DNA of 64,000 nt from Mytilus edulis (Eukaryota): NCBI RefSeq assembly GCF_963676685.1, contig NC_092350.1:18600001-18664000 (forward strand), read 5' to 3'. The notes beneath the pieces were generated by a model. It did not search any database. It had not been told where the DNA came from and was given only the letters and a program-made list of their open reading frames with translations. Of this stretch, positions 45,753 through 55,880 are shown piece after piece. The first letter of the stretch is position 1; the number at the start of each line of letters is the position of its first letter. The position numbers and the translations under genes are program-made.

Positions 45753-46006
45753 TTTACTTCATTGGTTACATTTTATTGTGTACTTCATTTCTTTTTTCTG
45801 GTTATGTATTTTGTTTCTTTTTTCTTTCTTGATGGTGATGTATTTTGATTCTTGTTTCACTCTCTGGTGGTATATTTATTTGTGAAATAAAATAAACCAA
45901 AATAATTAGAAACATCAGTGTATAAAACAAACACATATCTCGAAAAATAAACACAACGACATAAGACAATTAAGGTGTAGACAACAAACAAACAAACAAA
46001 AAAACA

Positions 46007-46672
46007 ATGTGTGAAGACCAGGAGAAAGTGCTTTTACCATTTCAGTCACCGTGTTGTATACAAATAGTTGGACCTACTCAGTCAGGAAAAACCATGCTTA
46101 CATATAAAATACTAGCTCAATCTGAATACCTATTTACAAAAACACCAAAGAAAACCATTTATTGCTACTCTGCATATCAGGATTTGTTTTCAGAGATGGA
46201 GAGGAAAATTGAAAACATAACTTTTCACGAAGGTTTACCAACTAGTGAGGAAATTGATAAATGGTCAGAAAATAAAGAACATATGATTCTTTGTCTTGAT
46301 GATTTATTGTGTCAAGCTGCAAACTCTAGTGATGTTTTAAATCTTTTTACCGTTAAATCTCATCATTGTAACATATCAGTTTTGTTTTTGATGCAAAATC
46401 TTTTCCCTCCTGGAAAATGCATTCGTACTATTTCGTTAAATGCGACATACATAATCTGTCTTAAAAACCAACGTGACAAACACCAGTTATCAGTATTAGG
46501 AAGGCAGATTCTCCCAGGTCAATTAGACTATTTCATTTCAGCTTATGAAAAGGCAGTTTCTTTAATATATGGATATATTATTATTGATTTGTCAACACAC
46601 ACAGATAAAAAATATTTATTGAGAACAAAAATTTTCAAAGGAGAAGATCCAGTAATTTTCGTTCCGAAATGA
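46007..46672 (+). CDS. Polinton DNA-packaging ATPase (A32/FtsK-HerA-like), 221 aa
   Basis: Walker A GPTQSGKT, Walker B ILCLDD, SHHCNISV..LMQNLF, RTISLNATY. Confidence 0.95.
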   Translation: MCEDQEKVLLPFQSPCCIQIVGPTQSGKTMLTYKILAQSEYLFTKTPKKTIYCYSAYQDLFSEMERKIENITFHEGLPTSEEIDKWSENKEHMILCLDDLLCQAANSSDVLNLFTVKSHHCNISVLFLMQNLFPPGKCIRTISLNATYIICLKNQRDKHQLSVLGRQILPGQLDYFISAYEKAVSLIYGYIIIDLSTHTDKKYLLRTKIFKGEDPVIFVPK

Positions 46673-46983
46673 GTAAACAAGTTTTAGCCCATGTACATTT
46701 TTTATCACTTTTAATTTCATGTGAGGAAGAACAGAAAATTGCATTGTTGAAGACCATGAACGATAAACAATTTCAACTTTTAGTTGAATGTTTTTTAAAT
46801 GTGTTATGTGGGGTATTTCCGCTTAGTCAATCAGATAAAAAGAAACTCATGAGATATAAAAACATTATTCGGAAAATAACAGATAGAGAGACAACACGTA
46901 TTCAAAGAAAAAAATTGTTACTTAAATATCGTAACATTATTTCTATCATTGTTAAACCAATACTTGATACAATTTCAAAATGA
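46669..46983 (+). CDS. Conserved Polinton hypothetical protein, 104 aa, basic and helical
   Basis: ATGA overlap with the ATPase stop; LVECFLNVLCGVFPL...KKKLMRYKNIIRKI pattern typical of the ORF following the Polinton ATPase. Confidence 0.8.
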   Translation: MSKQVLAHVHFLSLLISCEEEQKIALLKTMNDKQFQLLVECFLNVLCGVFPLSQSDKKKLMRYKNIIRKITDRETTRIQRKKLLLKYRNIISIIVKPILDTISK

Positions 46984-47573
46984 CGAAAGAAATGATTCTT
47001 CTGCCAAAACATAGATATGAAAGTATTATACGAACAGAAAACACTGAAAGCGATAAACAAACTAGTGCTAAGGAAGAAATTTCACCCCAGGAGGATATTA
47101 AAACAGAAAAAGATAGTTCAGATGATTTGAACACTTTGATCGAGTTAACCATACCAGTGAAAAACAGAGAAAAGGCAAAAACACTATTGCAATTTCTTCA
47201 GAGTCAGTCTACAATAAGTTGGAACAAACAAGGAAAAGTTAAGATCAACAACGAAACTGTACCAAACTCTCATATTGTTGACTTATTGCGGGATGTTGTC
47301 ATTCCTTATGGATGCAAACAACTACCAAGTGGACATGAAATATTTTATGATTTTCTTAAAAATATTCACATACCTATGGGACTAATTTCAAATAGAATGA
47401 GAAAACAACTGGTTCAATCTGATATACAAACAACAGAGGAAAATGAACAATTAGCTGAAAGTGAACCAGAGAAAAATAAGAAGAGGAAGATTAATAAACT
47501 TTTTGTTAGGAGGGAACTCTCGAGACTGTTTGAAGAAAAACCTAAACTAAAATGGAAAAGATTCAAACTATAG
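46980..47573 (+). CDS. Conserved Polinton hypothetical protein, 197 aa
   Basis: ATGA overlap with the preceding stop; KAKTLLQFL...ISWNKQGKV.IN...VPNSHIVDLL motif; AATAAA at ~47621. Confidence 0.8.
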   Translation: MTKEMILLPKHRYESIIRTENTESDKQTSAKEEISPQEDIKTEKDSSDDLNTLIELTIPVKNREKAKTLLQFLQSQSTISWNKQGKVKINNETVPNSHIVDLLRDVVIPYGCKQLPSGHEIFYDFLKNIHIPMGLISNRMRKQLVQSDIQTTEENEQLAESEPEKNKKRKINKLFVRRELSRLFEEKPKLKWKRFKL

Positions 47574-47956
47574 CATCATTACTAATGAACAATTGATAAA
47601 ATATGTTATTTTCTATGTCAAAATAAAGATTGATAAAAAAGTGTTTTTTGGTTTTTCTTTAAATTTTATTTCCATGTTACAATTTAAAAACTAACTTGAG
47701 TTGTTCCATATACTTTAATGTAAAAAATAAATCATTAAAAAAAACAGCAGAAAAAAACAATAAAAAAAAACAACAACAAAAATACTTTCAATGTACAAAA
47801 AAAACATAATATATATTTTTTTTTCATTTTCAGGTACAACCCCAATATTATACACTTTGATTTGATAAAAAAAACCTATAAAAACTATTCTTATGATTAC
47901 TTTTAATAAGACTCTTGTAGTTGTTAGAAGTAACATCTTATCAAAATAACCTGAGT

Positions 47957-49093
47957 ATGAATGAGGAACTAGATTCTCTCCTGAGTAAATACTATTATGA
48001 CGTTGGAGGACCAGCTTCATATGCTTCTGCCGAAAAACTATATCACATTGTAAATGCAGAGGGCAAAAAAGTTGGAAGATATAAAATAAGACGGTGGTTA
48101 AATTCACAAGATAATTACAGTTTACAAAAAACACCTCGTCGTTCTTTTAAAAGAATAAGAGTTTACACTACGGGGATGAATAATTTGTGGGATGCTGATT
48201 TAATGGACCTAAAACAATTTTCAAAAGAAAATGAAAATTTCAAATACGTATTAGTTGTTGTTGATTGTTTTTCACGCTATCTTTGGTTACAACCATTGAA
48301 AAATAAAACGGGAGACGAAGTCACCTCTGCATTTAAAAAGATTTTCACTGAGGCAAAACCAGAAAAAATTCGAACAGATAAGGGACAAGAATTTCTAGCA
48401 AAAAAGACACAATCGTTATTTAAAAGTAACGGTGTCCGACATTTTTCGGCTCAAAATGAACTTCATGCAAATTATGCTGAAAGGGTCCTACAAACTATAA
48501 AGAATAAAATTTTTCGCTTTTTCACAAAGAATAGAACTCACAGATATATTAACAACTTGCAAAATTTTGCAAAAAGCTATAATGGTACTCCACATAGAAG
48601 TTTACAAAACATTGCACCTAAAGATGTTAATTCTGTCAACGAAAGTGATATCTGGGGGAAAATGTATTTAAGTAAAACAGAGAAGAAACCAAAAGAAATA
48701 AAAGTACAAACAAACAAAAAGAAACGGAGGAAAAAACAATTCAAATACAAAATCGGGTCTTTAGTTCGACTGTCAAATATTGCTCATATTTTTGATCGAT
48801 CCTATAGCCAAAGATGGACGGAAGAGATATTCAAAGTGGTGCAAAGATTCAGACAACAAAATATTGATCTTTACAGGCTTTCAAATATAAAAGGAGATGA
48901 ATTTATAAGGGGGACCTTTTATGATAGTGAGCTCCAAAGAGTAGAGAAAGATGAAAATAGTCTTTGGATAATTGAAAAAATTATAAAGAAAAGAAAAAGA
49001 CGAGGAAAAACTGAGTACTTGGTTCGTTTTCAAGGGTGGCCTCCTTCGTATGACGAATACATACCAGCAGAACAAATTCAATCTTTATCATAA
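47957..49093 (+). CDS. Retroviral-like (rve, DDE) integrase with C-terminal chromodomain
   Basis: WDADL (D), RTDKGQEF (D), AER (E), YNGTPHRSL; chromodomain WIIEKIIKKRKRRGKTEYLVRFQGWPPSYDEYIP; first ATG at 47957. Confidence 0.97.
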   Translation: MNEELDSLLSKYYYDVGGPASYASAEKLYHIVNAEGKKVGRYKIRRWLNSQDNYSLQKTPRRSFKRIRVYTTGMNNLWDADLMDLKQFSKENENFKYVLVVVDCFSRYLWLQPLKNKTGDEVTSAFKKIFTEAKPEKIRTDKGQEFLAKKTQSLFKSNGVRHFSAQNELHANYAERVLQTIKNKIFRFFTKNRTHRYINNLQNFAKSYNGTPHRSLQNIAPKDVNSVNESDIWGKMYLSKTEKKPKEIKVQTNKKKRRKKQFKYKIGSLVRLSNIAHIFDRSYSQRWTEEIFKVVQRFRQQNIDLYRLSNIKGDEFIRGTFYDSELQRVEKDENSLWIIEKIIKKRKRRGKTEYLVRFQGWPPSYDEYIPAEQIQSLS

Positions 49094-49518
49094 TGGAACA
49101 TATAATTTTCATTCGAAGTGATCAATCAGATGCATATTACCCTAATAATTCACCGTTTAAGTTCAAAGTGTGTTTAAATGAAGTTTTACAATTACAAGGT
49201 GAATGGAAACTGGGGATATTAGATTTTTACATTGATCAAAAAGTTACAAAAAAGAACAATCATCAATTATACTTGTTTTGTGATGTATGCAGTGGAGTAA
49301 ATGTTTTCCCTAATATACAATATTCACTTTTGAGAAGAATATTTCCCACGGATATGAGTACATGGAATTATATTTTTTCTTTTCCAATATATTTACCAGT
49401 AAAGAAAAACGAAATTCAAGTCTTAGAATTTCTTATAAAAGACGAACACGGAGAAAACGCTTCATTTTTGAAGAATAATTTGTCGTTTACACTACAATTT
49501 ATACCAAGCTTATTTTAG
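49093..49518 (+). CDS. Minor capsid (penton, PX-like single jelly-roll) protein, 141 aa
   Basis: IRSDQSDAYYPNNSPFKFKVCL...LQGEWKLGILDF N-terminal motif, LYLFCD, YLPV...I..LEFLIKDEHG C-terminal motif; TAATG overlap with the integrase. Confidence 0.85.
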   Translation: MEHIIFIRSDQSDAYYPNNSPFKFKVCLNEVLQLQGEWKLGILDFYIDQKVTKKNNHQLYLFCDVCSGVNVFPNIQYSLLRRIFPTDMSTWNYIFSFPIYLPVKKNEIQVLEFLIKDEHGENASFLKNNLSFTLQFIPSLF

Positions 49519-49525
49519 CGCAGAT

Positions 49526-49927
49526 ATGACAAATACTGATAAAATGTACATTCCTAATGTTAATCAATGGACAAGATATTATCAGAATGTAGTTAGTGGT
49601 CAATCAAATGCTTACGTAAATCATATGAAATCTGGATATAACAAAGGATCGCAATCGGGATCATTTATGATACCAATTTCGAATAAATCTTATCCAATTC
49701 GTGCAGAAAAAGAAAACAATTTTGTTGTGCGTTTAGTGTCACCTAGTGAACAAATTGTAAATCAAGCAAAAGAAGAGATAAAAATTGACGATGAGAGTAT
49801 AAATAAAACGGACAGAAAGAGAAAATATCATCATTCGCCACAAAGCAGAGGAGGTGAAAAGAAGCCGAAGAAATCGAAAAAAGATAAAACTGTTAAAAAA
49901 CATAAAGGGGATATATTTTCAACATAA
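49526..49927 (+). CDS. Putative virion core/DNA-binding protein, 133 aa
   Basis: Lies between the penton and MCP genes; WTRYYQ N-terminus, Lys/Arg-rich tail ending GDIFST; TAATG overlap with MCP. Confidence 0.75.
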   Translation: MTNTDKMYIPNVNQWTRYYQNVVSGQSNAYVNHMKSGYNKGSQSGSFMIPISNKSYPIRAEKENNFVVRLVSPSEQIVNQAKEEIKIDDESINKTDRKRKYHHSPQSRGGEKKPKKSKKDKTVKKHKGDIFST

Positions 49928-51240
49928 TGTCCTTGTTAACAAAAGAGAATTTTATTGAAGCACAACCGTCAGAGTTACAGATTTTTGAGATACCCCCATA
50001 CCAAGTAGGTGTTGAAAGTATAACATACGAGGAATGCAGACCTGTTAGTCAAATAACCGCTTACAATCCTATAGAATTCGATCTATGTGCAAACAATGGT
50101 ATGGACTATATTGATCTTAAAAGATCAAAACTATACGTGAAATTAAAAGTGAAAAAAGCAAATGGTGAGGATTTACAAGATGGCGATACGGTAGGACCTG
50201 TGAACTTATTTTTACAGTCGCTTTGGTCGCAATTGGATGTTTATATACAGGGACAAATGGTAACGTCTAGTAATACGTATTACCCGTATAAATGTATGAT
50301 GAAAACGTTACTGCAGTATGGCCAGGACGCAAAGAGTACACAATTATCTTCTAGTTTATACTTAAAAGATAGATATGGTCACATGGATGAAATATCGACA
50401 AACACTGGACTGTATGAACGCAGAAAATTTATTTCTAATTCAAAACCATTAGAAATGGAGGGACCAATTTTTTCCGATATCTTTGAGATGGATAGATACC
50501 TGTTAAATATGTTATCCCTTAAACTAAAACTATACCGCAACGATCCAAGTTTTTGTTTGATGTCTGGAGAAATTGATACCAACTACCATATTTCTTTGGA
50601 AGATGTCGTGATCAAGCTTTGCAAGATCAGACCTAACCCAGCTATAATTGTCGCTCATTCAGAAGCTTTAAAGACAACAAATGCTAAGTATCCTTTCACA
50701 AAAACTATGATGAAAAATTTTACAATCATGCAAGGAAGCACCTCGTTAATCGTAGAAAATGTTTTCCAAGATGTGAAACCGAAAAGTATTGTGCTCGGAT
50801 TGGTTTCTTCAACTGCTATGTCTGGAGCATATACAAAAAACCCATTCAACTTTATGAATTATGATTTAAAACAGGTGACTTTGTTTTGTGACGGAATACC
50901 AGTTGATGGCATACCACTCAAACTTGATTTCAACGAGAATAGTGGTGCAACGAACGTTTCCCCCTATGTAAAAATGTTCGAAACACGAGGAAAGTGGATG
51001 TTGGATACGGGGAATGAAATAACACGGGCTGAATTCAACAATGGATATACACTTCTATGCTTCAACTTAGAACCATTCTTTTCGGATACCAAATATCTTT
51101 CACTACTGAAGCAGGGAAAAATACGTTTGGAATGTCAGTTCGGTACGCCATTACCAGAAACAGCTGCCTTACTGATTTTAGCTGAAAACTATGGATACTT
51201 TGAAATAACTGAGAATCGACAAATAAAGATTGAACACTAA
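49927..51240 (+). CDS. Major capsid protein (PY, double jelly-roll), 437 aa
   Basis: SELQIFEIPPYQ, PIEF, YIDL..SKLYVKLKV, PVNLFLQSLWSQLDV, YPYK, NPFNF, F.NGYTL.CFNL motifs of the Polinton MCP. Confidence 0.93.
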   Translation: MSLLTKENFIEAQPSELQIFEIPPYQVGVESITYEECRPVSQITAYNPIEFDLCANNGMDYIDLKRSKLYVKLKVKKANGEDLQDGDTVGPVNLFLQSLWSQLDVYIQGQMVTSSNTYYPYKCMMKTLLQYGQDAKSTQLSSSLYLKDRYGHMDEISTNTGLYERRKFISNSKPLEMEGPIFSDIFEMDRYLLNMLSLKLKLYRNDPSFCLMSGEIDTNYHISLEDVVIKLCKIRPNPAIIVAHSEALKTTNAKYPFTKTMMKNFTIMQGSTSLIVENVFQDVKPKSIVLGLVSSTAMSGAYTKNPFNFMNYDLKQVTLFCDGIPVDGIPLKLDFNENSGATNVSPYVKMFETRGKWMLDTGNEITRAEFNNGYTLLCFNLEPFFSDTKYLSLLKQGKIRLECQFGTPLPETAALLILAENYGYFEITENRQIKIEH

Positions 51241-51912
51241 CATTCCCATGTAAATTGAACTTATCATGACTATAACTGTTTGTTTTTATTGTGTACATCT
51301 ATCTTTTTTGTAATGTGTGTTTTACTAATAAATATATTCAAATAAACGAAAACAAACAACTGCGTTCATTGATACATTATGTTTTATTTCAATCAGACAG
51401 GATGCAAAAAAAAAAAAACAGGAATAAAGAAAATATATATGTAAAAATACAATACATGAAAAAAGTAACCCAATTACCCTCAAACATACTAACGAAAACT
51501 ATATACACTAGTTTTAATAAAAAATATGATGCATCTACAATCTCCCTCACTATATGTAAAAATCATATTTAAATCACCACAAATTTTGATATACAAAAAA
51601 ATCCCCACTTCGTTCTCTTGTTATAAATACAAAAAGAAAAACCAAAACAAAACAAAACAAACAACCCCCCCCCCCAAAAAAAAAATTAATGAATATTTAA
51701 ATTTATAATTAAATACATATAAACAATAACCCTCAAATGAACAAATAATAACATCCCTCAATATATGTTAAATTAGTATTTAAATCACCACAAATCTTGA
51801 TTTAGAAAAAAAAAATTCAACAAAATAATATCACAAATACGAAATAGTTATAACAAATAGAAAATAACAAAGAAGATTTGAAATGTCTTTAAACGTTTTA
51901 CATGATGAATGT

Positions 51913-54900
51913 TTATATGTTATCTTTATGTCCAAAGGCTCTCGTTGTCACACCATCATTTAAAATCCATCTTTTATCATCAAAAGGAACTAATGATTTT
52001 TTATTAATAGTTTTGGAATATAAAACATGGTTTTCGCTTCTTATTATATTCATTTCAGAACGTGTAACAGTTTTATCGAAAAGACAATTTTTATACATTT
52101 CATGTTTAAGTTTTCTGGATGCAGTTTTTGTGACTCCTTTTGCAGTATGCTTTTCTCCACCTTCAAAAGAAAATGAATACATCTTCGATCTCAGTCCAAC
52201 AAATTCACTTATTGGGGTTCCACTTGTTTCATCCTTGAATTTGCCTATTACTTTTTTATTTTCGGTGTCATGTAAAAAATGTTCTGGTGGATAATCACTC
52301 GTATCGTACATATCTTGATATTGATGCATATCTTCATACACATCTTCCGTTTCAACGTGATATAAAAAGCTATCAGTATCAGAAAAACACACACGAATTT
52401 TATCACCATACAGAGATTTCATATGGTTATAATGGAAATCGTACATCAAAAACTTGGATAAGTCTAAAATGCAAAAACCTACATATATTGGTTGTTTCAT
52501 CAAAACATTCACACGTTTTTTCTCAACTGCCACCAAATGTTCGTTAAATATTTTGCAAGATGCGTAGGATGGTTTAGCTGTTTCTTTATTAAGTTTCTCT
52601 TCCGTGTGACAAAGTTTCACATCTTTATGCTTGCGTGTATTGAGGAGAGTCCGACCAAAAATTGAATTATTCATCAGCTTATATAAACATTTCTCAAATT
52701 CATTCTTTGCAATTTTCCTTTTTTCGGTGTTAAAGTCTATGTACTTCTTCAACCAGGGGCTTTGTTTAAACTTGAGTACTCTGTGTATCTTTTTGATCTT
52801 CATTCCTAACTCTACGTATAGTTGTAAGTTTCTATAATGCACTATGTATTTTTCCTTGTCGTATAGGTTAGGAACGAGTTTTTCAATCTTTGTTAAACAT
52901 TGTTTTCCAGTTAAATTTTGTAATAATTCCTTTGAATATGGAGATAAATGTTCTACTTGAATATGTTTTCTTTCTGGAGCTAAGGGAAAATCCGAATGAG
53001 AAGAATGAAGTGACGAAGGATATTCAAGGTCAACTTCGAAAATGTATCCGTCTGAACCGTCAGCTTTTAATTTTGTGATATCTAATTTTATTTTCTCCTC
53101 CTCGGTAAGCCAGTTGAAATGACCATACGGAAGACATTGAGACATGCTCCAACCATATAAATTATTTGCGTCTAAATAAGATAAATAGGAAGTAGGTTCA
53201 GTTGGTTCATACGTATCGAATAAGTATGGATTGTTTGCTTTAGCATATCGATGAAAAATACTAGATACACCGCCTCGTATTCCCTTCTCTACAAACAGCA
53301 TCATATCTATATCAGTGATTAAATCGAGTACAATTCCAGTTTTCTTCAGCATGGCACTCCAACTAAATCCGGGGGTGGTGAAATAATGACACGGATCCAA
53401 ATCATAGTCGTGTAAAGAAATGTCTCTAAATTTTTCAAAAACATCTGCCAAAAGAGCTACATCCATTTTAAGATACACATCGGAGTATTCCCCCAATGTT
53501 TTTACTTTCAGTTTGTCCCACACTGTTTGCGCAAATTGATAATCTTCATCAGATATGTGAGTGTCTCCTAATTTGTTAAAAAAATCTTCTTTGGATGGTA
53601 AACAAGGTTTTTCCAATTTCTGCTCGGTATCGACATAATCATAGGGGAATACTCCTTTTCGTAGCAATAGAGAAAATACATCTGGATCCGGAAAAGTTTT
53701 AGATAAGTAATTGAAATGTTTTTGTCCTTCGTCAGCTAGATTTTTTGTTAAAGTTGCCAGTGAACTGTTTAAAAATTGCAAAGAATCGATAAAGCGGAGA
53801 TTTCCTATAGAAAATGACATATATTTTTCTTTGTTGTGTGGAATAACAGTGATGTCTTGTTCCTTAAACTTTCCTATTTTACTCATGATGAGATTTGCAT
53901 CAAATCCTTTCAAATTATGAATAACAACAGGTATAAATTTCGGTATTTTGATCTGTAAATTGCAGTTATTACAAGAAATGCCACGAATGGACCCAGTCAC
54001 GTGATCGTGTTCCTTGACTTTGTAATTTTTGCTGCTGAAAGCTTTTTTACATACATAACATTTTTTGGCATATTTGTAGTCTAATTTATCATACTCAGTT
54101 ATTATCATTGGCTCGATGCGGCTAAGTATGTCTCTAATTTCTTTCTCCTCTTCAAGAAGATGACGGATAAAGTTCTCCACAACATCAGGTCCACGGTATA
54201 TGACGGGTGGTTTGTCGTATCGCTTATCAATTGACACTCTTTGATATCCAAAACTGTACGGTTCCATTTGTTGGTATGTAGTTGTACTTGACGTGTTTGG
54301 ATTCGGATGACAAGTATCGACTTTCCTTGTTAAACACTCAAAATCAGCATAGATTACAAACGGAATTCGGGCGGTTTTCGCATATTCTTTGAATTCCAGA
54401 ACTTCTCCCTCCTTGGGAAGTGTAATTTTCTGAAAATCAAATTTTCCACAGTCTGCTTTATGCCTCTCTAGTTTGCATTTATCAGTAAATCCTTGCAAGC
54501 AAAGATAACAAAAAAAATGTTCCTCACGATGTTTCTTTGTCCTCGATAAAAACCTGTTAAAGTTGTTTATCAGTACATAATGACTTTTGTTGTTTTCTTT
54601 TAAATATAATATATTCACATGATGACAGAAGGTTTTCTTTGTGATGTATAACGGGTAGATTTCTCCTTCTTCGTATCCAAAAATGTTAACTGAAATAGTG
54701 GTATTCTGTTTTTCGAATTGTGATATTTGAGATAACGGAGTGGGATACTCGATACCAGTCATGTTAACTGAGTTAACAAATGGAACATAATTCTCTACAT
54801 TTTCTGGATTTTGTTGAAAGTTATGCATACTGGAAAGAACAGTCCATAAAAAACATTTGTTGTCCAAGTTCTGAATGTTGAGTATACAGTTCGATCTTTT

Positions 54901-55815
54901 GAGTGATGTTGGTAGTTCTAAATAACTACCTCCTTTTAATGGTTTGTACTTTGTGACGCACAGATCAAGTTGTAAAACCTCTTCAAGTTGCCATCCACTC
55001 CCATTCTTGATGAATTCTTCGAAAGAAATGAATATTTTTTGAAATCCTTTATTCAACTCGTGAGGTATTTCACTAGCACCAGATTGTAAAATGGTACTCA
55101 CTTTAGTATTGAAATGCGGTTCAGCTTCGGCGTATTTGCCATCTGGTGAATATTTAATCATTCTTACATGTACACTCATATAAAACTTTATATTGTTTTT
55201 AAGTAGTCTGTCCTCTAATATTTGCGCAATATCCACTTGTTTTTCTTTGAAAAATAACATCAAGTCATATCTTTCTTCATTGTTGCTGGGTTGTAATTGA
55301 ATATTTTCCACACCATCGTTCAGAGCTGTTGTTGTTAACGATCTTTTCTCTCTTGCATTGCGTACTCGTTCCTCGGGAAGTTGGCCAACATCTTCTATCC
55401 TCTGGCGTTTACGTGGGGGTTGTATGTCGTCTTCCTTCTGTACGTTTTTCTTTACATCATGTTTTCTCTTCATATGTTTAGTTAAAACATCTTTTCTTTT
55501 CGTGGTGAAACCACAATGTTCACATTCATAGTTTATATTCGAATGGTTCTGTTGGTGTCGAATTAAATGATCTTTTCTTGCATACCTCATACCGCATGTT
55601 TGACACTCAAAATTTGATACATTATCTTCATTTGTTACACTGCCATCTTTTCCCATAGTAGATTGATCAAGTTGTTTTTCAGTTGGATTTTGCTGCTTTA
55701 CTGATTGTAAGACTGCATTAAAATCCTGCGCTGACAGTTGCTGTAACTTCTGTAACACATCTTGTGGAATAACTTTTACCAGTTGGTCAATCATGTGTTG
55801 GTTATAATTTTCCAT
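51913..55815 (-). CDS. polB: Protein-primed family B DNA polymerase (pPolB), 1300 aa, with two N-terminal C2H2 fingers, terminal-protein region, OTU-like domain and EndoVII/HNH insert
   Basis: Exonuclease motifs YADFEC, HNLKGFD, YLKMDV; polymerase motifs YLDANNLYG, KLMNNSIFG, SDTDS; C2H2 fingers CQTC..HQQNH and CEHC..HMKRKH; HNH-type CYVC...HDH..G..RG..CNNCN. Confidence 0.98.
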   Translation of the reverse strand: MENYNQHMIDQLVKVIPQDVLQKLQQLSAQDFNAVLQSVKQQNPTEKQLDQSTMGKDGSVTNEDNVSNFECQTCGMRYARKDHLIRHQQNHSNINYECEHCGFTTKRKDVLTKHMKRKHDVKKNVQKEDDIQPPRKRQRIEDVGQLPEERVRNAREKRSLTTTALNDGVENIQLQPSNNEERYDLMLFFKEKQVDIAQILEDRLLKNNIKFYMSVHVRMIKYSPDGKYAEAEPHFNTKVSTILQSGASEIPHELNKGFQKIFISFEEFIKNGSGWQLEEVLQLDLCVTKYKPLKGGSYLELPTSLKRSNCILNIQNLDNKCFLWTVLSSMHNFQQNPENVENYVPFVNSVNMTGIEYPTPLSQISQFEKQNTTISVNIFGYEEGEIYPLYITKKTFCHHVNILYLKENNKSHYVLINNFNRFLSRTKKHREEHFFCYLCLQGFTDKCKLERHKADCGKFDFQKITLPKEGEVLEFKEYAKTARIPFVIYADFECLTRKVDTCHPNPNTSSTTTYQQMEPYSFGYQRVSIDKRYDKPPVIYRGPDVVENFIRHLLEEEKEIRDILSRIEPMIITEYDKLDYKYAKKCYVCKKAFSSKNYKVKEHDHVTGSIRGISCNNCNLQIKIPKFIPVVIHNLKGFDANLIMSKIGKFKEQDITVIPHNKEKYMSFSIGNLRFIDSLQFLNSSLATLTKNLADEGQKHFNYLSKTFPDPDVFSLLLRKGVFPYDYVDTEQKLEKPCLPSKEDFFNKLGDTHISDEDYQFAQTVWDKLKVKTLGEYSDVYLKMDVALLADVFEKFRDISLHDYDLDPCHYFTTPGFSWSAMLKKTGIVLDLITDIDMMLFVEKGIRGGVSSIFHRYAKANNPYLFDTYEPTEPTSYLSYLDANNLYGWSMSQCLPYGHFNWLTEEEKIKLDITKLKADGSDGYIFEVDLEYPSSLHSSHSDFPLAPERKHIQVEHLSPYSKELLQNLTGKQCLTKIEKLVPNLYDKEKYIVHYRNLQLYVELGMKIKKIHRVLKFKQSPWLKKYIDFNTEKRKIAKNEFEKCLYKLMNNSIFGRTLLNTRKHKDVKLCHTEEKLNKETAKPSYASCKIFNEHLVAVEKKRVNVLMKQPIYVGFCILDLSKFLMYDFHYNHMKSLYGDKIRVCFSDTDSFLYHVETEDVYEDMHQYQDMYDTSDYPPEHFLHDTENKKVIGKFKDETSGTPISEFVGLRSKMYSFSFEGGEKHTAKGVTKTASRKLKHEMYKNCLFDKTVTRSEMNIIRSENHVLYSKTINKKSLVPFDDKRWILNDGVTTRAFGHKDNI

Positions 55816-55880
55816 ATTGAATGAATGATTGATACTAGTTTACATTGAATTATATACTAAGGAATGTAAACGTGGATAGT

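Noticed and set aside
45527-45832. 101-aa ORF with repeated ISGSxRKHSFISEC
   Set aside because: It is a translation of the TTCCG tandem repeat and an AT-rich tail, more plausibly a cis-element than a protein.
47921-47956. TTG-initiated N-terminal extension of the integrase (and the TTG start at 60783 for the TRIM)
   Set aside because: In a eukaryotic context the first in-frame ATGs (47957 and 60762) are preferred.
51291-51708. ORFs downstream of the MCP as a hidden protease gene
   Set aside because: The region is A-run-rich, lacks a His/Asp/Gln-Cys adenain pattern, and looks like convergent 3' UTR/terminator sequence for MCP and pPolB.
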